Origin: Myxococcales bacterium
GTDB lineage: Bacteria > Myxococcota_A > UBA9042
NCBI GenBank assembly: GCA_037441385.1
Contig: JBBISH010000002.1
Location: 108,397-172,396, forward strand
Length of the DNA: 64,000 nt
Direction of reading: 5' to 3'
The position numbers were made by a program, and so were the translations under genes. Below, piece after piece: positions 1-9,505 of the stretch; position 1 is the stretch's first letter; every line of letters begins with the position of its first letter. The notes under the pieces are model-generated. The model was not told the origin of the DNA, ran no database searches, and saw only the letters and a program-made list of their open reading frames with translations.

Positions 1-462
1 CACGTGTTCCACTTCGGTGCCCGCCACGGGGTCCGAGCCATCTTCGAAGTGCCATACGAACTTGCTGAAGGCGGCATCGCCGACCACCTCCACGCGCAGC
101 CGCACGGGCGTATTCGACCACACACGTAGCTGATCGGGCTCGGCGACGATGCGCAGCGGACCGCTGTCGCTGGCGGGCGCTGCCTCGGCCTGAGCGGGCG
201 ACGGGTCTTCGGCCACGGCGGCGGTGGGCTCCTGGGCAGGCGCCTGCGCCGGTGTGGGCTCGGCGGGGGCCGCGGCAGCTGAATCGGCCGGCTCGCTCGT
301 GCGTCGATCCTTGGGAACATCAGGTGGCGTCGCCGTGCGCGAAGCCAGCAAGGCCGCAACGCAAATCGCTACCAGCGCCAGTGCCAGCGCCACAAAGCGG
401 CGGTCGTGCGGCCCTTGCGGGCTCGGCGGCGGCGGACTGGGCGGTGGGTTAGCTTGCGTCAT
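1..462 (-). CDS. Membrane-anchored protein with probable PKD/Ig-like domain (partial, runs off window start)
   Basis: Manual translation from ATG at 462: MTQANPPPSPPPP..., TM segment FVALALALVAICVAALLA, Pro/Ala linker, then FVWHFEDGSDPVAGTEVEHV resembling the PKD WDFGDG motif; no stop before position 1. Confidence 0.55.
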   Translation of the reverse strand, partial: MTQANPPPSPPPPSPQGPHDRRFVALALALVAICVAALLASRTATPPDVPKDRRTSEPADSAAAAPAEPTPAQAPAQEPTAAVAEDPSPAQAEAAPASDSGPLRIVAEPDQLRVWSNTPVRLRVEVVGDAAFSKFVWHFEDGSDPVAGTEVEHV

Positions 463-652
463 GCGGTCAAGGACTTGGCGAGGCGCGGCGCACGACCTCG
501 AACAGGTTTGCGCCGGATTCGTCTTGGGATTGTGTCTGAGTTTCCAATCGTTGCTGGGCCGATTTGACCCCCGGCCTTTGCCAACCGTAGTATCGACGAC
601 TCGCCGGTGCGCCGCAACACACGAGCGCGGCCCACCGCGGCAGGAGAAGCCC

Positions 653-1921
653 ATGTTCGATTTTGCAAGTACTTGCCTGCGCGCGAGCTGGATGGCCGGC
701 TCGCTGGCTGCCGCCGTCGTCCTGGCCAGTCCGGTCTTGGCTGCCCCGTCGGCGTGGAAAGTGACCGAGGCGGCATGCCTCACGTCGTTTGGCGCACCCG
801 AAAAGGCCGAGGAATCCAAGCTATTGGGCTGTGCCGACGACTTTGCTGGCGACGCGGTCATCGAGCAACTGACCGCCAAAGATCGCGCCACCATCGAAAA
901 GGGCTTGCGGTATCTGTACGAACATGGTTCGGACAAGGGCGCCAAAGTCGCCCGCGTCGCACTGCAGCGCTTGGGCGTCAACTTGCCGGTGCGCGCGCCC
1001 AAAGCTGCCGCGGGTCCGGCCGAACCGGCCCGTATCAAGTACGATCCACCCGAGGCCAAGGCCGACGACAAGAAAGCCGCTGAAAAGTTTTACAAAGACG
1101 GCGTCGCGCTGCTCAAGAAGAAGAAGTGGAAAGACGGCGTCGGCGTGTTGAACAAGGGGCTGGAGAAAGATCCTCGGAGCGAGAAGATCCTGTACAACAT
1201 GGCCTGCGGCGAAGCGAATTTCGACGACAAGAAGCCGTGTTTCGTCCACCTGCAAAACCTGGCCGATCTAGGCACCGACTACTCGGCCGAGTTGCTGATC
1301 AAGGCCCGCGGCGACGCCGACATGGAAGCCGTGCGCGAAGACTCCGATTTCAAGCGCATCACCGGCTACATGCGTGCCCAGGTGATCAACACGGTGGGCG
1401 ATCCGGGCGACCCAGGTGTCGAGAATATCATGAAGTTGTTCGACAAGCTCAGCCTGAAGAAGCCGGACAAGAAGGAAGACGAGTCGACGCCGCAGCCCCA
1501 CCCCACCGTGATGTTCAAGGCGCACAGCAAGGCGCAAGTGGCCGTCATTGCAGAGCTGCTTGGTGATCCCGAGACCAAGTTGGAGCCCATGGCCGGCGAC
1601 TCGAAGTACGACGTGGTGATTCGCTGGGGCACGACGCTGGACGAAAAGGGCAAGCCAACCAACTTGGGTCCCGAGACCGCAGACGAAGCCATCGCCAATG
1701 CCCGCAAGAAGCAAAACAAGGCGTTGGCCCAACCTGAGCAAGCCATCGGCAAGGTGAACAAGGTGCTCGACTCGCCGAACCGCGCCATCAGCGAAGCCGG
1801 CAAGATGAAGGACCGCGTACTGGGCGTGGGCGACAAGGCCAAGGGCGCGGTCGACAAGGCCAAGGATCTGGAGAAGATTGGCGACAAGGCCAAAGATGCG
1901 ATGAAGATCAAGGGGCTATAG
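653..1921 (+). CDS. Secreted TPR protein with LytR C-terminal-like domain and Lys-rich tail
   Basis: AGGAG RBS before ATG 653; signal peptide (LAAAVVLASPVLA-A); TPR-like helices (YKDGVALLKKKKWKDG...YNMACGEA); VINTVG...DVVIRWG segment resembles LytR_C. Confidence 0.6.
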   Translation: MFDFASTCLRASWMAGSLAAAVVLASPVLAAPSAWKVTEAACLTSFGAPEKAEESKLLGCADDFAGDAVIEQLTAKDRATIEKGLRYLYEHGSDKGAKVARVALQRLGVNLPVRAPKAAAGPAEPARIKYDPPEAKADDKKAAEKFYKDGVALLKKKKWKDGVGVLNKGLEKDPRSEKILYNMACGEANFDDKKPCFVHLQNLADLGTDYSAELLIKARGDADMEAVREDSDFKRITGYMRAQVINTVGDPGDPGVENIMKLFDKLSLKKPDKKEDESTPQPHPTVMFKAHSKAQVAVIAELLGDPETKLEPMAGDSKYDVVIRWGTTLDEKGKPTNLGPETADEAIANARKKQNKALAQPEQAIGKVNKVLDSPNRAISEAGKMKDRVLGVGDKAKGAVDKAKDLEKIGDKAKDAMKIKGL

Positions 1922-1945
1922 GTCCAATCGCGGGGGTGGCAGCAC

Positions 1946-2227
1946 ATGTCGGTTTGGGAAGCCATCGCGAATCTCTCTGCCCTCGACTGGTTCGTGGTGG
2001 CGCTGACCGTGGTGGTGTCGCTGCTGGGTATGTTGCTCCCCAAGCTGGGCAATTTGCTCGGCCGGTTGTTCCTGGGCGAAGACCCGCTGATCGAGCGCTG
2101 GAAGCACGCCCGCGCCGATCGAAAGGCGGCTGCCATTGCCCGCAAGCAGGCGCTCCGCAACGAGAAAGCCGCCAAGGCTGCCGCGCGTGTCGCCGCGAAG
2201 GCGGCCAGCGACCCTCCCGCCCCGTAA
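1946..2227 (+). CDS. Small single-pass membrane protein, weakly TatA/TatB-like
   Basis: N-terminal TM helix followed by G-x-x-LPKLGNLLGR amphipathic helix and basic tail; fills the gap in a co-directional run. Confidence 0.45.
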   Translation: MSVWEAIANLSALDWFVVALTVVVSLLGMLLPKLGNLLGRLFLGEDPLIERWKHARADRKAAAIARKQALRNEKAAKAAARVAAKAASDPPAP

Positions 2228-2308
2228 CCAGCGCGAGGCGAGGCGTCCAAGCCAGCGTTCCCACTAGACAAAGCGACCGTTCCGACCAAGAAGCGCGAGA
2301 AGGAAGCG

Positions 2309-2992
2309 ATGCCCACACCGATTGCCCTGGCCTCCAGCTCGCCGCGCCGCAAAGAACTGTTGGAGCGGCTGGGCTTCCAAGTCCGCGTGCTACAAAGCAA
2401 CATCGACGAATCACAGGTCGGCGGCGAGTTGCCCGAGGACTATGCCAAGCGCGTGGCGCGCGCCAAAGTCCTGGCCGCCGTGCGGCGGATCCAAGCGACG
2501 CTTTACACCAGCGAAGTCGAGGCGCGGCGCCAATTTGCCGCGGGTGCGACCCCGGCCGCGGTGCGGGGCGACGAAGGCCTGCGGTGGGTGCTGGGCGCCG
2601 ATACGGTGGTGGTCGTCGACGACGTGATCTTTGGCAAGCCGGCCGACGTCCAAGAAGCGCGCGAGATGCTGTCGCGCCTGTCCGGCCGTGAACATCTTGT
2701 TATCACCGCATTTTGCCTATACGACCTGCGCCGCAGTCGCGAGGGCATCGAAGCCGTGCGGACAGTGGTGCGCTTCAAAGAGCTAACTCGCAGCGAGATT
2801 GATGCCTATGTGTCGGCGGGCGAAAGCATGGACAAAGCGGGCGCTTACGCGGTGCAAGGGGTCGGATCCTACCTAGTCGAGCACCTGCAGGGCAGCTACA
2901 CCAACGTGGTGGGACTGCCGCTTTGCCAAGTGGTTGAAATGATGGAAGCCATGGGGGCGCGCGACGTCCTCCCCTGGGGGGCCAAGGAGTAG
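2309..2992 (+). CDS. maf: Maf family nucleoside triphosphate pyrophosphatase (YhdE-type)
   Basis: LASSSPRRKELL, GADTVV, GKP, DKAGAY, NVVGLP motifs. Confidence 0.95.
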   Translation: MPTPIALASSSPRRKELLERLGFQVRVLQSNIDESQVGGELPEDYAKRVARAKVLAAVRRIQATLYTSEVEARRQFAAGATPAAVRGDEGLRWVLGADTVVVVDDVIFGKPADVQEAREMLSRLSGREHLVITAFCLYDLRRSREGIEAVRTVVRFKELTRSEIDAYVSAGESMDKAGAYAVQGVGSYLVEHLQGSYTNVVGLPLCQVVEMMEAMGARDVLPWGAKE

Positions 2993-2997
2993 CGGCC

Positions 2998-3714
2998 ATG
3001 ACGCAAGCCACCATTGCGCAGAATCTGCACGACGTTCGCCAGCGCATCGCCCAGGCCGCCCGGCAAAGGGGCCGCGATCCCAACGCGATCACGCTGGTGG
3101 CGGTCAGCAAGGGGCAGCCCGCAGAGGCGATCCGCGCCGCCTATGCCGCTGGTCAGCGCGATTTTGGCGAGAACTACGTGCAGGAATGGCAAGAAAAGGC
3201 CCAGCAGCTAACCGACTTGACCGACTTGCGCTGGCACTTCTTGGGGCACTTGCAGCGCAACAAGTGCAAGTTCGTGCTGGGCAAAGTGCACCTGTTGCAC
3301 AGCCTGGACGACATGCAGGGCTTGGACGAGATGGCGCGCCAGGCCTGGCAGAACAAGCTGAAGCAAGACGTGCTGTTGCAAGTCAACCTGGCCGACGAAC
3401 AGAGCAAGCGCGGCTGCGGCGTGGCCGATGCCGAACTCTTTGTGGAAGTGCTGCAGCGGTCGCCGGGATTGCGGCTGCGCGGGCTGATGCTGCTGCCGCC
3501 CTACGACGCCGATGCCGAGCAGGTGCGGCCGTGGTTCCAGCAACTGGCGCAGTTGGCGGGCGACCTGGGCCGCAGTTTTGGCCAGCACCCCAGCCTGCCG
3601 GCGCCGGGTCAGTGGGTACTGTCGATGGGCATGAGCGGCGACTTTGAGGTGGCCATCGCCGAGGGCGCCACCCATGTGCGCGTTGGCACTGCGATTTTTG
3701 GCGCGCGCAGCTAG
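2998..3714 (+). CDS. yggS: PLP homeostasis protein YggS
   Basis: VAVSK, FGENYVQE, WHFLGHLQRNK, LSMGMSGDF, VRVGTAIFG. Confidence 0.96.
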   Translation: MTQATIAQNLHDVRQRIAQAARQRGRDPNAITLVAVSKGQPAEAIRAAYAAGQRDFGENYVQEWQEKAQQLTDLTDLRWHFLGHLQRNKCKFVLGKVHLLHSLDDMQGLDEMARQAWQNKLKQDVLLQVNLADEQSKRGCGVADAELFVEVLQRSPGLRLRGLMLLPPYDADAEQVRPWFQQLAQLAGDLGRSFGQHPSLPAPGQWVLSMGMSGDFEVAIAEGATHVRVGTAIFGARS

Positions 3715-4643
3715 CTTTTTTGCCGCACCAGGCGGCCGTTGTGCAGCACAAAGCGGTCGATGCTGGGTCCCGCCCCGCTCAGATCGGCCACGCCGGTCAT
3801 GGCCCGCAGGGCATCGCCGTGCTGGGCAACGAATTCCTGGGCATCTTGGACCAGTGGGTCCCACGGCAAGGCGATCGTCCATTGCGGCGTCGCGGCATGG
3901 AAGTGGCTGGGCATGAGGCGCGGCCCCACGCCCTCCGCGCGCAGCTGAGCCAGCACGTGGTCTGGCCGCTGGTCGTGCAGTTCCGCAAGGATCGCCAGCC
4001 TTTCGATGGTGTGAATGGTCGGCGGCGGCAGCAACGTGGCGCCCCCGGCGGTGTGCTCACGGAGGGCCTGCCGCGCCTCGATGAAGAACAGCTCGGTGGT
4101 TTCGTGATGGTCCAACGCGGGTTGCTGGCCCGCGGGCAGCTCGGCGGCAAAGAAGTAGGTGTCGAAGCGCTTGGGTTCGTAGAGCGGCGTGAGCCAGTGG
4201 GCAAAAGCCGCCAGCGGGCGCAAGTCCAAACGCCAACTGCGCGCCCTCAGCGCGGCATGCCAGGCCGCCGCGGCCAAGTGGCGACCGTTGCGCAACGCTT
4301 CGATCTCGCAGTCAAACTCGGCCACTGCGGCGGGCGTCAGGGCTTCGCCACGCACGTCCACGGCCAGCAAGACGTGCGCCTCTTCGTGCAGTTCGCGCAA
4401 GGCCGCCACGGCAAAGGCGCGGGCCGTCTCGCGATCGCGGCCGGGCAGGTCCGGAATCTTGCCCAGGACCGGCACATCGCCGTCGGCCGCATCGACCTTG
4501 CCACCGGGAAAGACCGTGGCGCCGGGCATGAAACCGCTTTGGCCGTGGCGGCGGATCAGCAGCACCTCCAGGCCGTCGGACCCGGACCGCAGCAGCACGA
4601 CCGTGGCTGCCTGCAACGGCACAGCAGGCACAGGCGCCGCCAT
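3711..4643 (-). CDS. NUDIX hydrolase (NUDT19-like, split Nudix box)
   Basis: VFPGGKVDAAD...ALRELHEEA, HWLTP..PKRFDTYFF, LPPPT; ATG overlaps the upstream stop (ATGA at 4643). Confidence 0.85.
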   Translation of the reverse strand: MAAPVPAVPLQAATVVLLRSGSDGLEVLLIRRHGQSGFMPGATVFPGGKVDAADGDVPVLGKIPDLPGRDRETARAFAVAALRELHEEAHVLLAVDVRGEALTPAAVAEFDCEIEALRNGRHLAAAAWHAALRARSWRLDLRPLAAFAHWLTPLYEPKRFDTYFFAAELPAGQQPALDHHETTELFFIEARQALREHTAGGATLLPPPTIHTIERLAILAELHDQRPDHVLAQLRAEGVGPRLMPSHFHAATPQWTIALPWDPLVQDAQEFVAQHGDALRAMTGVADLSGAGPSIDRFVLHNGRLVRQKS

Positions 4644-5869
4644 CAGTGGCACTTGGGCGCGCCGGTCGTGTCGAGCATGCGCGCCAAATAGCCGCCCAGG
4701 ACCTGGGTGAACAGCGCATCCGGCGTGATCTGCACCAACTTGGTGCCGGCAAAGGGCGCGGGGGCCATGCCGTTGCCGTAGGCGCCGTGCAGCCAGCAGC
4801 CGTCGTCGGGCACGGTCTTGCAGTCGGCGTCGCTGAAGGGCGCGCTGCAAGGCGGCATGTTGTTCAGTTGGAAGTACGGCGACTTGCTGCTCACCACCGC
4901 TTCGATGGCCTTGCGGCTAGACCAGTAGCTGGGCTGGCTGTGATCGTGCTGGAACTGGATGCGCTGATAGCGATAGAAGGCGTCCTTCAGGTAGGTGTAG
5001 GGCTCGCGCTCAATCCACCAGGCGTTGTCGGTGCAGTCTTTGGCGGTCTTGCTGATTGGCCAGGCACCGAGCGAGCAGACGATGCTGGCGGGCAAGCCGT
5101 CGTGCGCGGGCGGGTACATGGCCGAGTGCGGTGACGAATCTGTGATGTGGCAAGTCGAGGGAGTGGCGCCCGGACCGTCGTCGGGGCCGATCTGTAGGTC
5201 GGGGTCGGCCGGGGCTTGACTATAGGCGCAGCGGTCGATCGGGCCCTCTACGTCCACCAAGAACAGAATCGACTTGAGTGCATCGTAGGTCTTGATGGCC
5301 TTGACAGTGGGCGACAAGCCGTTGCCGATGGTGACAAAACCAAGCTTGGCCGGATCAACCCAATCGGCTTTTGACTTCAAATTCAATACGTTCTTGACCG
5401 CCGCCTGGTGCAGCGGGCCGCCGATGTCGTTGTGGCTCTTCTCGCCCGCGATGTACTGGGCCTCGCCGGTGCCGGGCAGGTTGAAGATGACGATACCGGC
5501 GCCGAGTGCGCCAGCCAACTGACTGGCACCATTGACGTATTTGGGATAGAGCGGCGTATTGACGTCGCCGACCACGACCACTAGCGGGCACTTCTTGGCC
5601 GCGGTGCAAGCGTCGGGATGCAGAACCACGCCAAGTGCAAACGAGTTTACGCCCAGCGCACTGACTTGCACGTTGAGCGGCTCCGACGTCACGTTGGCGG
5701 CCGGGGTGGTGGTGGTGTCCTGGCCGCCGCCACTGGTGCTGGCGTCGCTGCCCGAGCTGGTCGCCGTCGTGCCACCGGCGTCGCTCGAACCGCACGCAAC
5801 GCACGTGGCGATAACTGCAAACGAAATTCCAGCACTGAACAGCAGACGACGGGCGGCAGTGGCGAGCAT
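4643..5869 (-). CDS. Cys-rich lipoprotein with alpha/beta-hydrolase-like fold
   Basis: Lipobox CVA-C-GSS, Ser/Thr linker, PLVVVV, FNLPGTG, VDPAKLGFVT, FLVDVEGP, QHDH motifs. Confidence 0.6.
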   Translation of the reverse strand: MLATAARRLLFSAGISFAVIATCVACGSSDAGGTTATSSGSDASTSGGGQDTTTTPAANVTSEPLNVQVSALGVNSFALGVVLHPDACTAAKKCPLVVVVGDVNTPLYPKYVNGASQLAGALGAGIVIFNLPGTGEAQYIAGEKSHNDIGGPLHQAAVKNVLNLKSKADWVDPAKLGFVTIGNGLSPTVKAIKTYDALKSILFLVDVEGPIDRCAYSQAPADPDLQIGPDDGPGATPSTCHITDSSPHSAMYPPAHDGLPASIVCSLGAWPISKTAKDCTDNAWWIEREPYTYLKDAFYRYQRIQFQHDHSQPSYWSSRKAIEAVVSSKSPYFQLNNMPPCSAPFSDADCKTVPDDGCWLHGAYGNGMAPAPFAGTKLVQITPDALFTQVLGGYLARMLDTTGAPKCH

Positions 5870-6214
5870 GGTGACGGGATTTCCTGGGGCCGGCGCGGAG
5901 TGTGCGCCGCTGGCCAGTGTACCCGCGGCGGGCGGCGGCGTACAGACACCCGTTCGCGACCACTTTGATCGCGTTTGTCGAAAAAATTGCTGGAATAACG
6001 GCGTGGTGTACGCTCGGCCATTGCGGCTCGGCTCAGGTCGATCGCTGGGGTGAAGAGCGGCTTGGGCGCCGGAAAAACGATCGGCGCCGCGACCCGCCCT
6101 GGTGGATCGCACCACTGCTCGCGATCCTGTGTGACTTGGGCGGCTTGGCGCGCGCGGGGCGGTCGCAGGCGGCGCGGATTCAAGCCGTTGGCACAGCCGA
6201 ACGCAGGCTCACGA

Positions 6215-6244
6215 TTGACAGTTTGCCGGTTTCGTCCTTATCCT
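6215..6244 (+). promoter_or_regulatory. Sigma70-type promoter of the dcw operon
   Basis: TTGACA (6215-6220), 18 bp spacer, TATCCT (6239-6244), immediately upstream of the MraZ boxes. Confidence 0.7.
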
Positions 6245-6250
6245 CGCCAC

Positions 6251-6295
6251 GTGGGAGGAAGTGGATCGCAGCGGATCAAAGTGGCCTGCAGCGGA
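6251..6295 (+). promoter_or_regulatory. MraZ-binding direct repeats (5 x G[T/C]GG, 10-bp period)
   Basis: GTGGG/GTGGA/GCGGA/GTGGC/GCGGA at 6251, 6261, 6271, 6281, 6291; matches the known 10-bp-phased MraZ operator upstream of mraZ. Confidence 0.8.
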
Positions 6296-6473
6296 CTATC
6301 CACCCCTTCCCAAAGGCATTCCTGACCAGCAGCGCGCAGCGCCCGGCGGCGGACGACGGCTTTGGCCACGACCGCGGCGGGCGGGGTCTTGTCGCAAGAT
6401 CCCGAGTCGCCTGCACAAGCACGGCCCAACGGGCCACGGTTGGGGATCAGCGGTGCGGTAGGCGAGGCTGGCA

Positions 6474-6935
6474 ATGGCCATCCGATTTCGCGGCGAATAC
6501 GAACTGCGCGTCGACGACAAGGCGCGGTTGGCGATTCCGGCGAGCTATCGGCAAGCCCTTGATCAGGCTGGCGATCGCCGGTTGATCCTGGTCAAGTCAA
6601 CCTCGGCCAAGTGCCTGCAGGCCTGGCCGCAGAGCGACTGGGAAGCCTACGAAGACAGGATTCTTGCCCTGGCAGCCAGCGAGCCGACTGCGCTCAAGCT
6701 GCTGCGATTCCAGGTGGCCGGCAACGCGCAAGTTGAGCCGGATTCGCATGGACGGGTGGTGCTGCCGCCAACGCTGCGCGCGTATGCCGGCATCGACCCG
6801 AGTGGCGAGGTGGTAGTGGCGAGCCTTATCAACCGCTTTGAGATTTGGGCCCGCTCGCGCTGGCAAGCCGAGCAGAACCAGATCGAGGGCGACCTGCCGA
6901 ATTGGAGCGCCGACTTGGCGCGCCTGGGCTTGTAA
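6474..6935 (+). CDS. mraZ: Transcriptional regulator MraZ
   Basis: FRGEY, two DxxxR motifs (DDKAR, DSHGR), FEIW; first gene of dcw. Confidence 0.95.
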   Translation: MAIRFRGEYELRVDDKARLAIPASYRQALDQAGDRRLILVKSTSAKCLQAWPQSDWEAYEDRILALAASEPTALKLLRFQVAGNAQVEPDSHGRVVLPPTLRAYAGIDPSGEVVVASLINRFEIWARSRWQAEQNQIEGDLPNWSADLARLGL

Positions 6936-6936
6936 G

Positions 6937-8034
6937 GTGGGCAAGAAGCGCCCCTTCCGCCCCGCCAATTCCGGTCGCCGCGAGCGCGGACCGGCCTTGA
7001 CAATTCAGCTTGACGGGTCAACTGAGCCCGCCGGAACCGCCCAAGCTGGCCCAGAGGGTGCGAGCCCAGGTCCGAGCAACGAAGGCACGTCGTTTCAGCA
7101 TATTACCGTGCTAAGGAACGAGGTGGTCGCGGCGGTCCAGCGCGCCGCCAGCCTGAGCACCGACGAGCCCCAGTGGGTGGTGGACTGCACGTTGGGCGGC
7201 GGTGGCCACAGCGAGGCGATCTTGCAGGCCTTGCCGCAGGTTCGCCTGCTGGGCCTGGACCGGGATCCGGCGGCGCTGCAGGCTGCGACCGCGCGCCTGG
7301 TCAACTTCGGCGATCGATTCGTGTGCGAGCACGCCGAGTTCGCCGAGCTGCAGCAGGTCTGGGCACGCCGACAACTGCCGCCGCTCTTGGCGGTGGTGGC
7401 GGACCTGGGGGTGTCGTCGCACCAGTTCGACCGGCCCGAGCGCGGCTTCTCGCTGCGGCTCGACGGTCCGCTGGACATGCGCATGGACCCCAGCCGCGGC
7501 CCTACCGCCCTGGAACTGCTTGCGGACGTGCGCCTGGAAGATCTGGCCGACGTGCTCTACGAGTACGGCGATATCCAGCGCTCGATCGGCACTGCGCGGA
7601 TCCTGCTGGAGGAAGTCCAGGCCGGCGCGACCACCACGGCCCGGCTGGCCGATCGATTGGCGGCGCGACTTGGGCGTTCGCGCTCGATTCACCCGGCGAC
7701 GCAGGTCTTTCAGGCCCTGCGAGTATGGGTGAACGGCGAGTATCGCCAGGTGCGAGCGCTGTTGGCGCAGGCACCTGGGCTGCTTGCTCCCGGCGGGGCG
7801 CTGGCGGTCATCAGCTTCCACTCGGGCGAGGATCGCCCCGTCAAGCAGACCATGGCCGAATTGGGTAAGCGCGGTGGGGAGTTCTGGCTCCCGCAGCGCA
7901 AGCCGGTCCTGCCCAGCGAGCAGGAGCAACAGCAGAACTCAAGGTCGCGCAGCGCCAAGCTACGAGTTCTGCACAAGAAGTCGCACCAGGATCCCGAACC
8001 GGATTTGCCGGACGACGACCCCGACGACGCGTAA
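6937..8034 (+). CDS. rsmH: 16S rRNA m4C1402 methyltransferase RsmH (start uncertain)
   Basis: HITVL, DCTLGGGGHS, DLGVSSHQFD..RGFS, PLDMRMD, FQALR, ISFHSGEDR, RSRSAKLR. Confidence 0.96.
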   Translation: MGKKRPFRPANSGRRERGPALTIQLDGSTEPAGTAQAGPEGASPGPSNEGTSFQHITVLRNEVVAAVQRAASLSTDEPQWVVDCTLGGGGHSEAILQALPQVRLLGLDRDPAALQAATARLVNFGDRFVCEHAEFAELQQVWARRQLPPLLAVVADLGVSSHQFDRPERGFSLRLDGPLDMRMDPSRGPTALELLADVRLEDLADVLYEYGDIQRSIGTARILLEEVQAGATTTARLADRLAARLGRSRSIHPATQVFQALRVWVNGEYRQVRALLAQAPGLLAPGGALAVISFHSGEDRPVKQTMAELGKRGGEFWLPQRKPVLPSEQEQQQNSRSRSAKLRVLHKKSHQDPEPDLPDDDPDDA

Positions 8035-8222
8035 GAAAGACGATTACTGTCAACCATTTGGAGCAAACTCGCGATTTTCTTGACCGGATCCTGCAACGAC
8101 CGATAAAGATTGGTGCGGTGACCTGGCCGCAGACAAGTGCGCAGCGACACGAACGATCTGCTGCATAAACTGGGTGCACACAGCGAGTGCGCCAGCCTGG
8201 ACCGAACCCTGGGGAGCCCGCC

Positions 8223-8699
8223 GTGACCAGTCCCGACAACGACCGCCTCAGCCCCTTGGACGACGACGCGCAAGACGACGCGGCCGGCGAGTCCGGGTAC
8301 GACGACGGTGTGGCGATGGCCGAAAACAGCGGGGATACGCCAGCTAAGGTCTCGACTTTGCAGCGTGTCTGGCAGTTCCTGCACCGCCCGTCGCCGACCC
8401 AGACCGAGCGTGCGCGCCGCTCGGAGCAGCACTTCTGGCTGCGCGTGGTCGTGCTGCTGACGTTCTTTGGCGGGGTAGCGGCCCTGGGCATTCTGCGCGT
8501 CAAGCAGACCACCAAGGGAGTGCGCACGGCCTACGAATTGGTCAAGACGACCGATGAGTTGCGCGTGCAGATCGAGGAGAACCGCCGGCTAGAGGCCCAA
8601 CTGACCGGCCTGAAGAACCCGAACGAGCTGCGCAAAGAGGCGGCGGAACGCTTCGACATGCGCGCCCCGGCCGCGACCGACCAAGAGGAGATCGATTGA
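8223..8699 (+). CDS. ftsL: Cell division protein FtsL
   Basis: Cytoplasmic N-terminus, one TM, leucine-zipper coiled coil, AERFDM tail; follows rsmH; GGGGAG RBS before GTG 8223. Confidence 0.8.
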   Translation: MTSPDNDRLSPLDDDAQDDAAGESGYDDGVAMAENSGDTPAKVSTLQRVWQFLHRPSPTQTERARRSEQHFWLRVVVLLTFFGGVAALGILRVKQTTKGVRTAYELVKTTDELRVQIEENRRLEAQLTGLKNPNELRKEAAERFDMRAPAATDQEEID

Positions 8700-9502
8700 T
8701 GCCTGACCACAACCCCATATTCCGCCTGCGTTTTGCTGGCGTCGTCTTGGCCGCACTGGCCATGGCGTCGGGGTTGCTTGGTGGGTGCTCGTCGGCCGAG
8801 GTCGAGAAGCAGCAGCGCCTGGAGCAGGCTGACTTCCATTATCGCTTGGCAAACGGCTACTTCCATGCCGGCAGCGTCGATCTGGCCATCCGCGAGCTGA
8901 TCTCGGCGCTGGAAATCGAGCAGAGCCACGCGGACAGCCGCTACCTCTACGGTTTCATCCTGTTTGGCCGCAAGCGCTACGAGGAAGCCGCGGAGCATTT
9001 CCGCAAGGCCCTGCAAAGCAAGCCGGACTTCTACGCCGCCCGCAACATCTTGGGCGCGACCTACATCGAGCTGGAGCGCTACTACGACGCCGTCGCGACT
9101 CTGGAGCCGCTGACGCGCGAGCCGCGCTACACCACGCCGTTCCATGCCTACAACAACTTGGGTTTGGCCTACTTCCGTCAGGGCGACCTGCGTCAGGCCG
9201 AAAAGAACTTCCGCATGGCGGTGTTCCACAACCCCAAATTCTGTCAGGGATACCGTAACTTGGGCCTGGTCCACGTGGCCCAGCGCGACTACGCCGCGGC
9301 GGTGGAGCAACTAACCGAGGCCGTGACACGTTGCCCGCGTTATGCCGAGCTCCACCTGCAGCGCGGCGAAGCCCTGGAGGCCGACCGCCGTTTTGACGAG
9401 GCCGACAAAAGTTTCCAGAAGTGCGCCGATCTGGCCGGGGACACCCCCATTGGTCGGCGCTGCAAGGCCAGGCTGCGCGGGGCGGCCGGTGGGGGCGGCT
9501 AG
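8699..9502 (+). CDS. TPR lipoprotein of Tgl/PilF/PilW (type IV pilus secretin pilotin) type
   Basis: Lipobox LGG-C-SS, about 6 TPRs, PRYTTPFHAYNNLG and NPKFCQGYRNLG motifs, C-terminal Cys residues as in myxobacterial Tgl; start overlaps the ftsL stop. Confidence 0.75.
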   Translation: MPDHNPIFRLRFAGVVLAALAMASGLLGGCSSAEVEKQQRLEQADFHYRLANGYFHAGSVDLAIRELISALEIEQSHADSRYLYGFILFGRKRYEEAAEHFRKALQSKPDFYAARNILGATYIELERYYDAVATLEPLTREPRYTTPFHAYNNLGLAYFRQGDLRQAEKNFRMAVFHNPKFCQGYRNLGLVHVAQRDYAAAVEQLTEAVTRCPRYAELHLQRGEALEADRRFDEADKSFQKCADLAGDTPIGRRCKARLRGAAGGGG

Positions 9503-9505
9503 ACC

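Noticed and set aside
224..652. Long N-terminal extensions from the ORF track (also 11772, 18409, 19512, 42576, 54379)
   Set aside because: They overlap neighbouring genes; downstream starts have RBSs or match conserved N-termini
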